Assembly (NCBI GenBank): GCA_051294375.1
Contig: CM119269.1
Span: 7,226,080 to 7,290,079, forward strand
Origin: Paraspadella gotoi
Lineage: Eukaryota; Animalia; Chaetognatha
Direction: 5' to 3'
Length of the DNA: 64,000 nucleotides
Below the pieces are notes generated by a model. That model was given only the letters and a program-made list of their open reading frames with translations, made no database searches and was not told the origin of the DNA. The translations under genes were made by a program, and so were the position numbers. Below, one piece after another: positions 38,750 to 54,256 of the stretch. Each line of letters opens with the position of its first letter. Position 1 is the stretch's first letter.

Positions 38750-41700
38750 CGTAAACTTTCTGCAGAATAACATTCATCTGAGAGTTGTTAAAATTGCATG
38801 GGTGAGGACAGTTTTATTAATCCATCTTTATTCTAATCAAAACAAACAAATTTCCTCTCTTTTATTTATTCTCCTTCTCTCTCTCTTTTTCTCATTAATT
38901 TATGTAGCTTTTCCTCTCACTCTCAAAAGATAAAAAACTGCCTTAAATACCACCACAGAAAACGACTTTTTTCGCTTCTGTAAAAAAGATAGAAAACTTT
39001 AAATAAAGAAACCGATTTCTTCATCGTCAAAAGAATAAAAAACTTTTAAAAAAAAGGCAGGCCAAAACGTTTCCTTTTCAAATGTTTAAAAAGATGGTTT
39101 TAAAAACACTCTATAAACGATTTTCTAAAGTAAAAAAGTAATAAAAAGGTTTTTAAAAAAACCGGCTCAGACGAACATTTCAAAGAGCAAATCAAAACAA
39201 CCTTTAAAAACAAAAGAAAAAACGCTTTTTCAATGTTATAAAAAGAGATAAAATATTTACTAAAACCACCGAAAACGTATTTCAACAGAAAACACAGCAC
39301 AATCCTAAAAACGTTTAAATACTTCTGCAAATAACATCACCCTCGACGTTTGTTTATTAAAATTGGTACCGTAGGTGAGACGTTATTAAATATCTTTTTT
39401 CACAACAAAACAAAATTCCTCTCTTTATCTTATGTCTCCTCTTCTTCTCTTTCTCTACCTAATTTTATGGTAGACTTTCTTCACTCCAAAAAGATAAAAA
39501 ACGTCTCTCATAAATACACCAGAAAACGACTTTTCTCTGGTAAAAAAATCAATTTATGAAAACTTTTTTTAAAAATAACAGAAAACGAATTTTTTTCAAT
39601 TGTAAAAAAGAAAAAATACCACACCACACCTTTTAAAAAAAAACGGCAACACGTTTTTTAATTCAAACATAAAAACACCATAAACGACTTTTCTAAAGGT
39701 AAAAAGTTGAATAAAACGTTTATAATTACAGCGCAGACGATATTTCCAAAACAAGAGAACGATAAAGTTATAAAAACAAAGGAAAACGCTTTGTTCCAAT
39801 GTTTTTAAAAAGAGATAAAAAATTCTTTAAAACACCGGCGAAAACGATATTTTTCACACCAGCAACCAAAAAGAAATGAAAAAACCGTTAGATATAACTT
39901 CTGCAACAATAACATCATTCGAGGTTGTTAAAATTGAGGTGAGGACAGTTATTAAATATCTTTTTTATCCAAACAACAAAATTTCCTCTCTTTTATTTTT
40001 TGTTCCCTTTCCTCTCTCTCTTTTCTTCTTTAATTTTATGTAGCTTTCTCCACTCTCAATAGATAAACGGTTAAATACACACAAAACGACTTTTTCTCCG
40101 TAAAGAAGATATTGAAAACATTAAAAATAACAGAAAACGATTTTTTTCAATGTAAAAAAATAAAAACTTAAAAAAAAACGGCAAACTTTTTTCCAATTGT
40201 TAAAAAGAGTTTAAAAAAACCACCGATAAACGCACTTTCTAAAGTTAAAAAGTTAATAAAAAAGTTTAAAAAACCGGCAGACGACATTTCCAAAGGAGAT
40301 AAACAACTTAAAAACGAAGAAAAACCGCTAGTCCACAATGTAAAAGAATAAAAACATTTCTATATACACGTGTGACACTAAGACTATATTCTACAAGACG
40401 ACAAAAAATAACAAATACGTAAAATACTTCTGCAATTAACCGATCATCGAAGGTTGTTAAAACTCTGTCGGCATCGGATCTTTCAGTTTAATTATAATTA
40501 CCTTCTTTATCAAACACAAAAAACAAATTTTCCTCTCTTTCTATTTGTATGTCTCCTTTCTCTCTTCTTTTTCCTCTTTTAATTTTTGGACTTTTCATCT
40601 AACACTCTCAAAGATAAAACGTTCAATTTAACACCAGGGGAAGAAACGACGTTTTTACTCTGTAAAGAATCGAAAACTTATAACAGCATGTACCACACAC
40701 AGAGAAACGATTTTTTTCCAATGCTAACAAAGAAATAAAAATATAAAAAACAAAACCGCGAGGCAAAACGTTATTGTTCTCCTCAATGTAAGAGACGGTA
40801 AACATTCGATAAAAAGATCTATTTACTAAAGTAAAACAGTAACTAAAAACGTCTATAAACACAACCGGGGCAACGAACATGTTACCAATAGAGCGATAAC
40901 ACACTTCTAACAGACAAAGACAAACAACAGTCTCTCTTTCCAATTATGATAAATACAAAAGACCCAAATCAAAAACAATTTCTCTAAAACACCGGCAAAA
41001 CAGAATATTTTCAAAATATATAAAAAAGAACACTCACCAGACGTTTAATAACTTTCTGACAACATAATACCCTATCCTCATCGAGCGTCTGTTAAACTTC
41101 GCCGTATCGAGGACGCTTAATACAATATCTTTTTATCAAAACGCAAACAATTTCCTCTCTTTTATTTTGACGGATATGGTCTCCTCTCTTCTCTCTCTTT
41201 TCTCTTAATTTTATGTAGCCTTTCTCTTCACCGTCTCAAATAGATATAAAACTTTAAAACTACACTCGAGAACCAACGACTTGTCTCCCTCTCGATCGTA
41301 AATAAGATTTATAAACTTTTAAAAATAACAGGAGAAAACGATTTGTCTTCCAATGTAGAAACCACCCACTAAAAAACTTAAAAAAAAAAAACGGAAACGG
41401 CCTTTGGTTTCCAATAGCTTAAAAAGAGTTAAAAAACACCGGCATAAAAGACTTTTCTAAAGTAAAAAAGTTATTAAAAAAACGTTAAAATACACCGCCT
41501 CCAGCGACATTTCCACACACGCGGATAACAACTTTAAAAAACAAAGAAAAAAACGTTTTTTCCAAAAGTGGGCTAGACGAAAGAGATACAGTCAAACAAG
41601 GTTCTAAAAGGAAAGACAAGAGATATTTCAAAGAACAAAAGAGAATAAAAACGTTAGAAATACTTCTGGCATAATAACTCGAGGTCGAGGTTGTTAAAAT

Positions 41701-44700
41701 GGTGCGTGAGACAGTATATTATAATATGTCTTTTTCTTATCAAAAGGCAAACAAATTCCTCTCTTTTATTTTTATGTCTTCCTTGCTCTGCTACTCATTT
41801 CTCTCTTTAATTTTATGTAAGCTTTCTCTCACTCTCAAAAGATAAACAGTTAAATACACCAGAAAACGACTTTTTCTCTGTAAAAAGATATGAAAACTTT
41901 AAAACAATAAATTGAGAACTATCAAGAGCAGAGACAGGTGAATCACAGTCAGGCGACATAAAAGATACGATTGTGATCAATGTAAAAAGAAATAAAAACT
42001 TTAATTAAAAAACGGGCAAACGTTTTCCAATGTATAAAAAATATAAAAACAGACACTGATAAAACACTTTCTCTAACAGTTAAAAAGTGATTAAGAAACG
42101 TTAAAAGTACAGCGGGCAGACGATATTTCCAAATAAAGGATAAACAACTTTAAAAACAGAAGCAGAAAGAGACCGCTTTTTCGGCAATGTAAAAATGAGA
42201 TTAATTAAAATTCTAAAACACCGCCCGCGCACCGATATTTCAGACGATTAAAAAGAAAATAAAAAACGTTAGAATGACTCTGCATAATTAACATCATCGA
42301 GGTTGTGTTAAAATGGGGTGAGGACAGTTATTAATATATCTTTTACCAAAACAAACAAATTTCCTCTCTTTATTTTTATGTCTTCCTTCTCTCGGTGCGT
42401 TTGTCTCTTTGAAATGTTATGATAGCTTTCTCTCAGAAACTCTCAACAAGAAAAAACGTTTAATACACCCAGAAAACGACATCTTTTGGATTCTCTGTAA
42501 AAAGATATGAAAACTAAAAATAACAGAAAACTATTTTGTCCAATGTGAAAAAAGAAAAAAAACTTAAAAAAAAAGCGAGTCAAACGTTTGTTTCAAGTGT
42601 AAAAAAGATGTTTAAAAAACACCGCATAAACGACTTTTTCTAAAGTAAAAAACGTAATACAAAAGACGTCTAAAAAAACCGGCAGACGAACATTGCCAAA
42701 GACGAATAACAAACGTTTAAGAAAACAAAGAAAAACGCATTTTCCAATGTATTTAAGAAAAAGAGATAAAAAATTAGTGTCTAAAAGGAAGTTTTCATAA
42801 TGAAAAAAGAGAATAAAAACGTTAAAAATCACTCTAGCCAATAACGATGCAATCAGTCGCAGGTGCGTAAAATTGGGTAAAGGTGAGACAGTTGATATAT
42901 AATAATCATTAATGCAAAAAAAAAACAAAATTTCCTCTCTGTCTTTTTTTATGTTTTTTCTTTTCTTCTCTTAAGTATTTTATTGATAGATTCTACTTCC
43001 AGCTCTTCAAAAGATAAAAACTGTATCAATATACCAGGAAAACAATTTTTCCTGCGTGCACATACAAGATATCGGAATATCAAATAATTAAAAAAAATAA
43101 CAGAAGAAAACGACCATTATTATTACAATGTAAAAAGAAAAAAAAACTTCAAAGACAAAAACTGCCAAACATCTGTTCTCCAATGTCAAAACAACAATTA
43201 TTAAAAAACACGATAAGACGACTTTCTAAAGTAAAAGTAATAAAAAAAGTAAAAAAAAACCAGGCGCAGACGACATATTCCAAAGACGATAGACAGGACT
43301 TATAATAACGACAACATAAAAAACGCTTTAATCCAATAGTGTAAAAGTCCATAGATAAAAAATTTTCACAACATTAAAAAACACGACAAGTGCACAACGA
43401 TATTTTCAACAAGATAAAAAAGAAAATTAAAAACGTGTTAATCATAAATACTTCTGTGCACTATAACATCATCGAGGTTGTGCATATAAAATTCGTTCAA
43501 CAAGGTGGTAGAGACAGCTATCATAAATACAATACTTATTCTCTCCAAACAAACAAATTTCTTTTGCTTTGGATTCTTCATATATTGCTCCTCCTTCTCT
43601 TCTCTCCATTTTCTCTTTATCTTTATGTAACTTATCTCTACACTCTCAAAAAAGATAAACACGACGTCATACCAATGGCACAGCGCCACAAGAACGACTT
43701 TTTCTCGTTAAAAAGATATTGAAAAAAACTTTAATGGCAACAATAACAGAAAAAGAGGTATTTTTTCAATACTGTATAAGAAGCAAATACACAACATAAC
43801 ATCAGAAAATACAGGCAAACGCTTTTATCACTGTCTTAACACAACACATATAAACAACAATGCATAGAGAACGATCTTTCTCAACAAGTAAAAAGTGTTA
43901 AAAACGCGCTAAATACAGCGGACAGACGACATTCCAAAGAACGGGATAACGAACTTTAAAAACAAAGAAAGAACGCTCTTGTTTCCAATCTCAACAAACA
44001 GATAAAAAAAATTCTAAAAACACCGGGAAAACCGATATCAAAAAAAAAGAAATATAAATAATGGTGTACAATGACTCTCGCATAATTAACATCATCGAGA
44101 GTGATTAATTAAATATGAGACGAGTTGAGAACACGTTATTAAATATCTTTTTGATCAAAACAAATTTCCCTCTTTTATTTATATGTCCTCCTTCTTCTCC
44201 CTCTTTCTCTTATAATTTTATTGTAGCTTACCTCCCTCTCAGAGATAAAAGAACGGCTTAAATACACCGACAAAACACTTTTTTCTCTGTAAAAAGACTA
44301 TGAAAACTGTTTTGAATTAATATTAACAGAAAACGATTCAGATGTAAAAAGAAATAAAAACTATTCAGAAAAAAACGGCAAACAGTTTTATTTTCCAATG
44401 CCTTAAAAAACAGATTTAAGACTAAAAAACACCGATAAACGATCGCGTTCTCTAAACGTTAAAAGAGTGAATAAAAACGTTAATAACAGCGGCAGACGAT
44501 ATTTCCAGAGAGATAACAACTTAAAACCGCAAAGAAAACGCTCTTTTCCAAATGTAAAAAGAGATATAAAACATTTCTTAAAACACCGGAAACGATATTT
44601 GGCAAAAGAAACACAAAGAACTAAACAAACGTTAAATTACTTCTGCCAAAAACAATATCGAGGTTGTTAAAATTGGGTGGAGGACAGTTATTAAATATCT

Positions 44701-45800
44701 TTTATCAAAGACAAACAAATTTCCTCTCTTTTATTTCTATGTCTCTTTCTCTCTCTTTTCTCTTTAATTTTATGTAGCTTTCTCTCACTCTCAAAAGATA
44801 AAAACGTTTAAATACACGAGGAAAACGATTTTTCTCTGTAAAAGATATGAAAACTTTTAAAAAAAACAGAAAACGATTTTTTTTCAAATGTAAAGAAATA
44901 AAAATTAAATAAAAACCGGCAAACGTTTTTCTTCCAATGTAAAAATATTACAAAAAAACACTGAATAAACGATTCTTTTATCTAAAGTAAGAGAGTCTAA
45001 TAAAACGTGGGTATAATACAGCGGCAGGACGATATTTGCCAAAGAGATAACAACATTTAAAAACACAAAAGAAAAAGGCGCCTTTTTCTAATGTAGAAAA
45101 GAGATAAAAAATTTTTAAACACCCCGGAAACGATATTTTCGCAAGAAAAAAAGAAATAAAACGTTAATTACTTCTGCAACAATAACATCATTTTCGAGGT
45201 TGTAATTGGGCCAGTGGTGAGGACAGTTATTAAATATTCTTTTTATCAAACAAACAAATTTTCCTCTCTTTTATTTTTAGTCTCCTTCTCTTCTCTCTTT
45301 ATCTCTTATGGACCTTTTATGTAGCTATCTTCCACTCTCATAGATAAAAACGTTAAATACACCCAGAAAACGACTTTTTCTCTGTAAAAAGATATGAAAA
45401 ACTTTTAAAAATAACAGAAAACGATTTTCCAATGTAAAAAATAAAAACTTAAAAAAAAAAAAAAACGGCAAACGTTTTTTCCAAATGTAAAAAGAGTTAA
45501 AAAACTCCGCCATAAACGACTTTAAGTAAAAAGTAATAAAAAACGTTAAATACACCGGCAGACGACATTTCCAAAGGATGATTTAACAACTTTAAAAACA
45601 AAGATGAAAAAACGCTTTTTTCCAATGCTCTAAAAAGAGATAAAAAATTTCTAAAACACCGGAAAAACGATATTTTCAAAGGAAAAGAAAATAAAAACGT
45701 TAACATACTTTCTGCAATAAACTCATCGTAGTCTTGTTAAATTGGGTGGAGGACAGTTCATTATAATTTTTTTATCAAACAAACAAATATTCATCTCTAT
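38750..45800. repeat. Satellite array, about 12 copies of a ~530-620 bp A-rich unit with internal ~45-bp subrepeats
   Basis: The marker tacttctgcaataacatcatcgaggttgttaaaattgggtgaggacagttattaaatatc recurs at about 38755, 39318, 39895, 40425, 41050, 41658, 42275, 42828, 43448, 44072, 44637, 45168 and 45705. Confidence 0.92.
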
Positions 45801-47759
45801 TTTATGGGTCATCGGAAGCGGAATCTGGGAACAAATACGAAAGAGGTTTGGAGAGGAAGAGAAAGAGAGTGACTCGTCTCCTTTCTGAACTGAAAAAGTG
45901 GATAAGTTCAACTTTTAGCCGGTCGTTCCCAGGGAGTTTGAACGAAACGATTCCCAGCTGTTAAAAAAGAATTTTGGCCACCGCGCTAAAGATGCGCCAG
46001 ATGATAATAAAGAACGAGTATCAAAGCAAATCCCAACCAACCTTTCGTTGCAAGCAGTTATAGAAGAAGTATAACCAAAGCAACTAAAAAAAGAATAAAG
46101 ATGAACAGGATATTGAACGAGGCTGTCAAGAAGTTGCATAATATCAAATGCTAATGTTTAAACTGTCTTCTAGTGCACAGACAGTTTCTGCATGTCGCCA
46201 CACCTTCTATCCTTCATGTAAAAACTGAAATGATAGACGTAGTCTTCCGCATTAATATATAAACCCGATGATGAAGATAAGTGATCAAGACTAAGTAATT
46301 ATATTCTATCGTAACCCCTTCTCCACTTCTCCCTTTCTCTCTCACGGTTTCGTCAGTCCAGACTCGATATCGTGAGGGCAATGCAGCAAGTAGACCACAA
46401 AACTAGGCAGCAAGCCGCCACAGCAGCGGACTTACGATGACAAGAAGAGTTATTGTGCAGGCGATTAAAGGACTGTAAGACAATAAGAGAGATGCAGACA
46501 CGAGACACAGGCAGTAAAAGAAGAAGAACTTTGGCCCCGAAGGACCAAGTAAGACCATATCGCAGCCTTGGGCATAACCCATGGCTGGAAGCAGGAGGGA
46601 AAAATGAGAGAAAGGATGGCGCAAAAGAAACATGAGAGTGAAAAGGGATTTGAAAGGGCCAAGTTCATTCACTACGGAAATGCTCGTCATCCTTAGCCAG
46701 CTTCTGCTACGCGGATGTTGTCGTTCAATTTCGCGCTACAATTCAGGGTTACAAATCGGACAAAAGGAAAAAAACGAATCGAATCATTGATTCCAATCTT
46801 GATCCAAAGTTGCAAACTGTTTTTATGTTCGATATGTATGCGGCAAAGGAGAGGATAATATTATCTGCAAAATGAAGAAGCGTCTAATAAAATTTGAACC
46901 AGATAAACCAAAACGAAGACTTTTGAAAAAAATAAACCTTCAACCATTTACCAAGGAAAATGAGAAATGAAAAATAGAATGTTCACCGAAATCCAGAAAA
47001 AACTACTAACAATAAAAATTGTTTATGTTAGAAAAAACGACAAGACGTATGTACTAGAATAACAAATGTCGTTATAAAACCAGCAACACATGAGACCCGC
47101 AATGAAAATTATAACAAACAAGAAGAAAAGATACAAAAAAAAGAAAAAACGAAAATAAGAAAACAAAAAAAAAACATAAAAAAAATAAGGAAAAAAAAAA
47201 AAGAGATGGGGAGACGAAGATATTCTTTTTTTAGATATATAGGAGACTGAGAAGGAGAGAAAAAGAGGGAAAGAGATGCAGATGGGAGAGAAAAATAGGA
47301 GAGCGAGAAAGAAAGAGAAGATACGAAATTAAGAAAGAAAGCAAGCAGCAAGCCAAGCAAGCAGTAAGCAAGCAAGCCAAAGCAGGGAAAGAAAGAAAGA
47401 AAAATGAGAAAGGAAAGGAAAGAAAAGAAAGAAAAGGAAAGAAAGAAAAGAAAGAAAAGAGCGAAGGAGAAAGGATGCGCAAATCAAGAAAAGGAAAGGG
47501 AGGAAAAGCAAAGAAAGAAAAAGAGGGGAAAGTAGGAAGGGAGAAAAAGACAAGGAAAGGAAAGAAGGAGAAGAAAAGAAAGATAAGAAGAAAGAAAAAA
47601 AAGAAATAGAGAGTTAGATAAGAGTGAAGAGACTGAAAGAGAAATAAAGAGGACGAGGGGGATGACAGAGGAAAAGAGAGAGGAGAGAGAGGAGAAAATG
47701 AGAGAGAGAGAGAGAGAGAGATAGAGAGAGAGATGAGAGAGAGGAGAGAGAGAGAGAGA

Positions 47760-50700
47760 AAGCGCTCCGAATATGAAAAAATTTAAAAAAAAAGTCTCTG
47801 AGAACATTTCCTGTTTTAAAAATTGAAATTGAAAACTCAATGATATCGAAAATAAAAAAAGGGAGACGATAGGAAAAAACTCCATGACTCGGTGGAAAAA
47901 AGAGGGGGAGCCAGGATAATGCTAGATAAAAAAATAAGCCAGTAAATCAGGACCGGTTGAAAATTGAATGTGGGTCAGAGATGAGAGGAACTGGTAAAAT
48001 AGAAAATAGAGTGTTTTAATGTAACTCCGTATGTTATGGTAGTGTATAGTTCGATTTGTTGAGAACTTAAGAAGACAATTTCGTTTTTCGGATTTTTTTT
48101 TTTCTAACGTCCTTATTTTGAGTTAACACATTAAAAATATGTATGTAATTCAACCAAAAATATATAGTATGGATATAACAATAAGATTGTAATGGAGACA
48201 CGACGCACAAAATAGAAAAATAAAACACAATCATGATAACCCAACTGTTTAAGAACTAGTGACCGCTTCGACTTATCGATGTCGGGCCGGGGAGTAAAAA
48301 GAATTGTGGATACTCTGAGAAAAGGCTGAGATGGAAATGTTGGACAAAATTACTGTTATGTAGTGGTTGATGTGAGTGATAAACGCAGGCTTAAAACACT
48401 GTTTTTGCACAGAAGTGACAGAAGAAACATAAATTGACGAAAAATGTTGTATTGACACGTGATATTGATTCGATTATTGTGAAATGAAGAAGGACGATGA
48501 AAGGCGCATTTCACGAAACCAAAAATTAGCAATGAAGATACACTTAGATGATAAGAGAAAGAAAACAAAAAAAGTTGTTATATAAGAAGATAAAAAAAGA
48601 AAGGAGAAAAATATCAGAGAAAAAAAAGAAAACAAGACAGGAAAAAAGACAATGAAGAAATAAAGAAAGAAAAGAGAAAATGATAAGAATGAAAGAAATT
48701 AATTGATGGAGAAATATTCTCAGAAAAATGATCGTACATTAAATACGAAAAGAAAAACATTGTGCAAAGTATTTCTAAATCATATTAGGAAGAGGCAGCT
48801 CAGAGCATGTGTTCGGCTCATGACGAGAAATAGATAATTGAAGTCAGTAAAAAGAAAAGTAAGAAATCGTCCAATTGACAGAAAAATCTCAAATAGATAA
48901 AAAAATATAAATACACTTTTGTAAAATATTTTCGAATTTAGGGGAACCACAAGGTAGAACTTTTCGAGAAAATTAAATGACAGATTTTGATGACCAAAAG
49001 TGAAGAGACCGAACGATATTGTTGTCGATAGTAGGACTGATTTGAGAAGGATCGTAGTCGATTTCATAAAAAAAATTCATGAAAAAATTATTTTACATCG
49101 GCCGGTTGATCAATAGCCCGCAAAGCCGGCAAACCGGAATGATAAACAGTTACTAAAAATTTCTAAAAGAATTAGCGTTGTATAAAAAAAATAAAGAAAT
49201 TGTAAATTATATTGTATATAAGGACGGAACATATCAAAAATCAGAAAATACTAGCATCTCGACCGAGGCGAGACAGAAATATGGATTGAATTCCACTCAA
49301 TCATATGTGATGAGAGAGATGTAGAAGATAGCGGAGAGGGAGAGCAACGCGATTGTGATGACTAGAGGCCGGAGAGAGAACGATAGATGAGAGATGAAGA
49401 GAGAGAGAGACGACGAATAGCAAGAGAAAGTAGGAAGAATAACAGAGCAAAATGATCATTGAAAGAATTTGTCTCCGGGAGAGTGACCAAGGAGAGGGAA
49501 ACGGGTCGGGAGAATCGGTCAATTGGGATCGCGCGGATTAAAATGGGTGAGGGATCGGAATGGGGGATCTCGCGGGATCAGAAGGTGACCGCCAAAATTA
49601 AAGAACTAATAGTCAGCAATATAAATAAAAAATAAGGACAATTGTCATGTCATTAAAGGGGTTTAGGACGAATCAGTAAAAACTGTCATTAAAGCTCGTA
49701 CAACGATAGAGTCTTATTACTCTCTCACTGATGATGTATTGATAGATGTATTGATAGAGGTGATCGATGATGGAATGATATGATGTATCGATCGACTATG
49801 AGTGATGATGAATCATGTCTGTATAGTGATGTGTTCGCGTGATGGTGATGACTAATGATTAGCAGGTAAGATATGGATGATGACAATATGAATGAATAGA
49901 TGATTGATGATGTACGATGATCTCGAAATGAATGATGGTGAGGCATGTATATGATAGAATGATTTATGTGGAATATGGTTAAGATGATATGGATGACTAT
50001 TAGATTTTTGATGACCGATGATGAATGATAAAATGATGATGATGATGATGATGATGATGGATGATGATGATGATGATGATTTGATGATTGAAGATTTATG
50101 ATGATGACGATGATGATGATGATTGGTGATCATGTTTATGATGATGTTTGCGTGATAGGTGATATAGATGATGACGATGATGATGATGATGTGATGATAA
50201 TGATGATGATGATAATGATTGTCGACGGGACGACGACGACGACGACGACGAAGAGATACATTTTTTCGAAAAGAATTAAAGAGAAAACTGAAGTAGAGAG
50301 AAAGCGCTCCGAATATGAAAAAAATTTAAAAAAAAGTCTCTGAGAACATTTTTTTAAAAATTGAAATGAAAACTCGAGTGAAAATAAAAAAAGGGAGAAA
50401 AACTCCATTGACGGTGAAAAGAGGGAGATGCAGAAGGAGGGGAGCGTGATGGGGTGAGTTCGATGGAGTGAATGGAGACGCAGTGACGTGAATCGGGGGA
50501 GAAAAGTGAACTGGAAAAGTGAGATGGAAATGTTGGACTGAATGAGTGATTGTGAGTGAAACGCGGCTAAACGTTTGCAGAGTGGAGAAACATAAAGTGA
50601 ATGCGTTTGAATTTGTGAAATGAAGGCGATGAAATTCACACAAAATGAGAGGAAGAGAAAGAAGAAAAAAGAAAATGAGAAAGAAAAAAAAGAAAGAGAA

Positions 50701-51814
50701 AGAGAAAGAGAAAAATAATTCAGAGAAAAAAAAAAAAGAAAAGAGGAAAAAATGAAATAAGAAAGAAAAAGAGAAAGAAAGAGAGAAATGAGAGAAAATA
50801 AAAGAAAATAAAATGTGCAAAATTTTTTAAATCAATATTAGGATTGGGCGCGGGCTCATGACAGAAGTCATTGAGAAAAGAAAAGTAAGACGTCCCAATG
50901 ACAGAAATCAATGATAAAAATAAATCACATTTGTAAATACGAAATCCGGGGACCACATAGAATGCAGAAATTAATGAGAGAAGTTGATGACAAAAGTGAA
51001 GGACCGAAGATATTGTGAGAAGTGAATGAGAGGCGTGAATGAAAGCCCGGACGGAGAGTGACTATTTCTAGTGGTGATAAAAAAAAATAAATGNNNNNNN
51101 NNNNNNNNNNNNNNNNNNGAAAAAAAGACATGATTATTGGACGGACTTCAAATCAAAGACTGTGAGAAGCACGGAGGAAAGCCAAAATGAATGTGTGAGA
51201 GTAGACGAGAGCAGAAGCAGAGTGACGGCAGAGTAGACGATCAGATACATTGAGAAAGCAAGACGAGGAGACATCGACGGCACACGCTTGTCGAGAGAAG
51301 AGAGAGAGAGAGGAGAGAAGAGAGAAGGAAGGGTAAAGGAATACAGAGCAAAAAAAAACATTGAGAGAATTTTTGTCGCGCAGAGAGACCAAGGAGGAGG
51401 GAATGGTCGGAGGGGATACGGAATGGGATTCGCGTCGATCGGAATGGTCGGGATCGGGAATGGGATCGGGTGATCGAGGGACCCGACATAAAAACTAAAG
51501 GGCAATATAAAAAAAGAGGCAATGTAGTCATAAAAGGTGGCTTTAAGATAACTACAGCGACAACGAATTTTTATTATTATGACAGATGATATGATGACGA
51601 TGTATATGATGATGGTGATCATGTTTAGATGATGTTTGGTGATGGTGATGATGATGGTGATATAGATGATGACAATGATGATGCGATGCATGGCATGATG
51701 ATGATGTGATGATCGATGATATGATGTATGGTGATAACATGTTATGATGATGTTTGGTGATGTGCATGATGATGGTGATATAGGATGCATGACGATGTAT
51801 GATGATGATAATGA

Positions 51815-51850
<36 letters not shown>

Positions 51851-54221
51851 TATGATTAGATGCATGCTGTATGAAATGATGATGAATGACGATGATGATG
51901 GTGATCATGTTATGATGATGTTGAGTGATGTGATGATGTTGCGTGATATAGCATGGATTCTACTCTCTCTCGGATCAGGGCTGGATGGTGAATCACCAGT
52001 GTGAATACATGGGCGGATTAGATAGCGATCCGATAATACATCCGATCTCCTTACTGACTCGCGAGCGCGTAATCACCGCCGACCGAACCATCTCTCGGAG
52101 CGGCTAAGAGAGACCTATATTTTTGTCCCTCGCGAACAATGCGCGGCATTGCGTAATGAGCACGTAAAGCATGACGAGATATTGAGTTATAAGAGACAAT
52201 CGTCGTTCTGCTCCCGAGAACTCAGCAACTCAGATATAGACTATTCATATTTCTTTGTGTATTACAAAAATTTAGTGTTTCGATATTGTGATAAAGATGT
52301 TCTTTTAATTGATTTCATGAGTAGAGCTCAAAACTATAGATTATATCTATAACATAAATGTAATAATCAATTCTTTTAATCGTTCGTGAGACTTAAATTT
52401 CGTTTCACTCTTTTAATCTAAGTAAATTGGTATTAAACTATTTAAATTATCGATGATGATGATAAGGATTCAAGTTTTTTTTATAGTTATTGACCCACCT
52501 CGTGCTCAACATGAGTTTCTAAAACATACGAGGAATTGTACTACTTTTGTGTCAAGCCATACTGCTAGGGATCATTGCGACGGTTTCAAAAAGTCAAAAA
52601 ATGAAAAATAAATATATATTGGACAATTATTCCTAGACGTCTATATTAAATAAATATAGTTCTAAAAAAATTATATTACTAGTGTCTTCTAATCACTCTC
52701 TTGAAAATTTGGTCCATTGAAAGTTTTTCTCCAGAATTATATGAAATTTACGAGAGAGTTATGGGAAGGTTCCCAAATTCAAAACTTCGACCACCTGTAA
52801 TATGACAATTGATTTAGGCCTAATTGATATTGAAATCAATGCACAATTCCTCGGATGTTGAGAGAATGATTAAGAAGAGTCCAATGATATCAAAATTTTT
52901 TAATTCCCTTATGATAATCACATCTTTCAATAGCCATTGAGTGGTAAAAAACGCGTGATGCCGACCACGACGACGACGACACAAAAATGCCTTGCCTTTT
53001 GCTTTTCTCTTCGTCAAGACGAGATAACATTTACAATAGTAAAGAAAGGGCAGCATTATCATATTTGTGAATGTTAATTAACTAGTCAATGTTCAATTTA
53101 ATAATAATATACAGAGAAAAAACACGAGAGCAAAAGTGAGTTTATGAGAGAAGAGGACGACAAAAAATAATCATATATAATTGATACATAACAGCATTAC
53201 CTGCTCCTGCCGAGCATATTACTTAGCTTATATTTACAAGTCTTTTTTCATTAGGCTGCTATTTGTACATAATCTTGCATCCAAAATATTTTAGCATGTA
53301 TCTGCTATAACTTTGTACTATGTGGATGCTCAAATAAGTATTAATACTTTTTATTCGGCATCTGCAAAGTTCCATTTTATATAAGATCTGACCGCCAACC
53401 CCTTCTTTGTAATAATCTCTTTTTAGTCGGATTCTGTTTATCGCAGATTACAACTCTACAGCGTGCTCTCCTCTCCCTTTTGTCCCAATGGTCACTGTGT
53501 CTTGTTTGGATGAAAAGCTTATTGCTTCCTATATCAGATACGAAAAACTTTAATTCATTATAATGAATATGCTGACCTTCTGGTGTCTGTTCGGAGGCAA
53601 TGCTTGCTCCCTCTTGTTCACAATTCCGCGCCGCTGTCGTACACTCATGATCTGTGTGTGGATCTTTAGTGTCCCTCCCTATTGTCCCCTCTTCTCCTTC
53701 TCCCTATCTCCCTCTCTCCTCCCTCTCTATCACTTTGTCCACTCTCCCCTCCTTCCCCTTCCTTTCCACTTTTTTTCGGTTCCTCTATATCTTCTCCCGG
53801 CTCCTCTCCTCTCTCCTCTCCCTTATCTCCCTCTCTTTCCCCTAATCTCTCCTCTCTCTCTCTCCCTCCCTCCCTTCTCTATCTCTGTCCCACTCTTCCT
53901 TCCCCTTTCTTTCTCTTCCCTTATCTCTCCTACCTTTTCTTTCCCCATTCTCTTCTCTCTCTTCCCCCCTCTCCCTCGCTCCCCTCCCCCTCCTCTTTCA
54001 TCCCCCACCCCACCCCCCCGCCTCCCCCTTTTTCGCCTTCCGTACATTGGCATGACAATAAACCTCAGCCGTAAGAGTCTCATAAAACCTTCTCTTTCCT
54101 CGCTTCATCTTGGGATCGGGGATCGAGGGACCCGACATAAAGAACTAAAGGGCAATATAAAAAAAGAGGCAATGTAGTCATAAAGGGGTTTAGATAACTG
54201 CAGCGACAACGAAGTTTTATT

Positions 54222-54256
<35 letters not shown>

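Noticed and set aside
49730-51945. His-rich or Met/Asp-rich ORFs
   Set aside because: These are translations of noisy (GAT)n arrays within redundant assembly copies.
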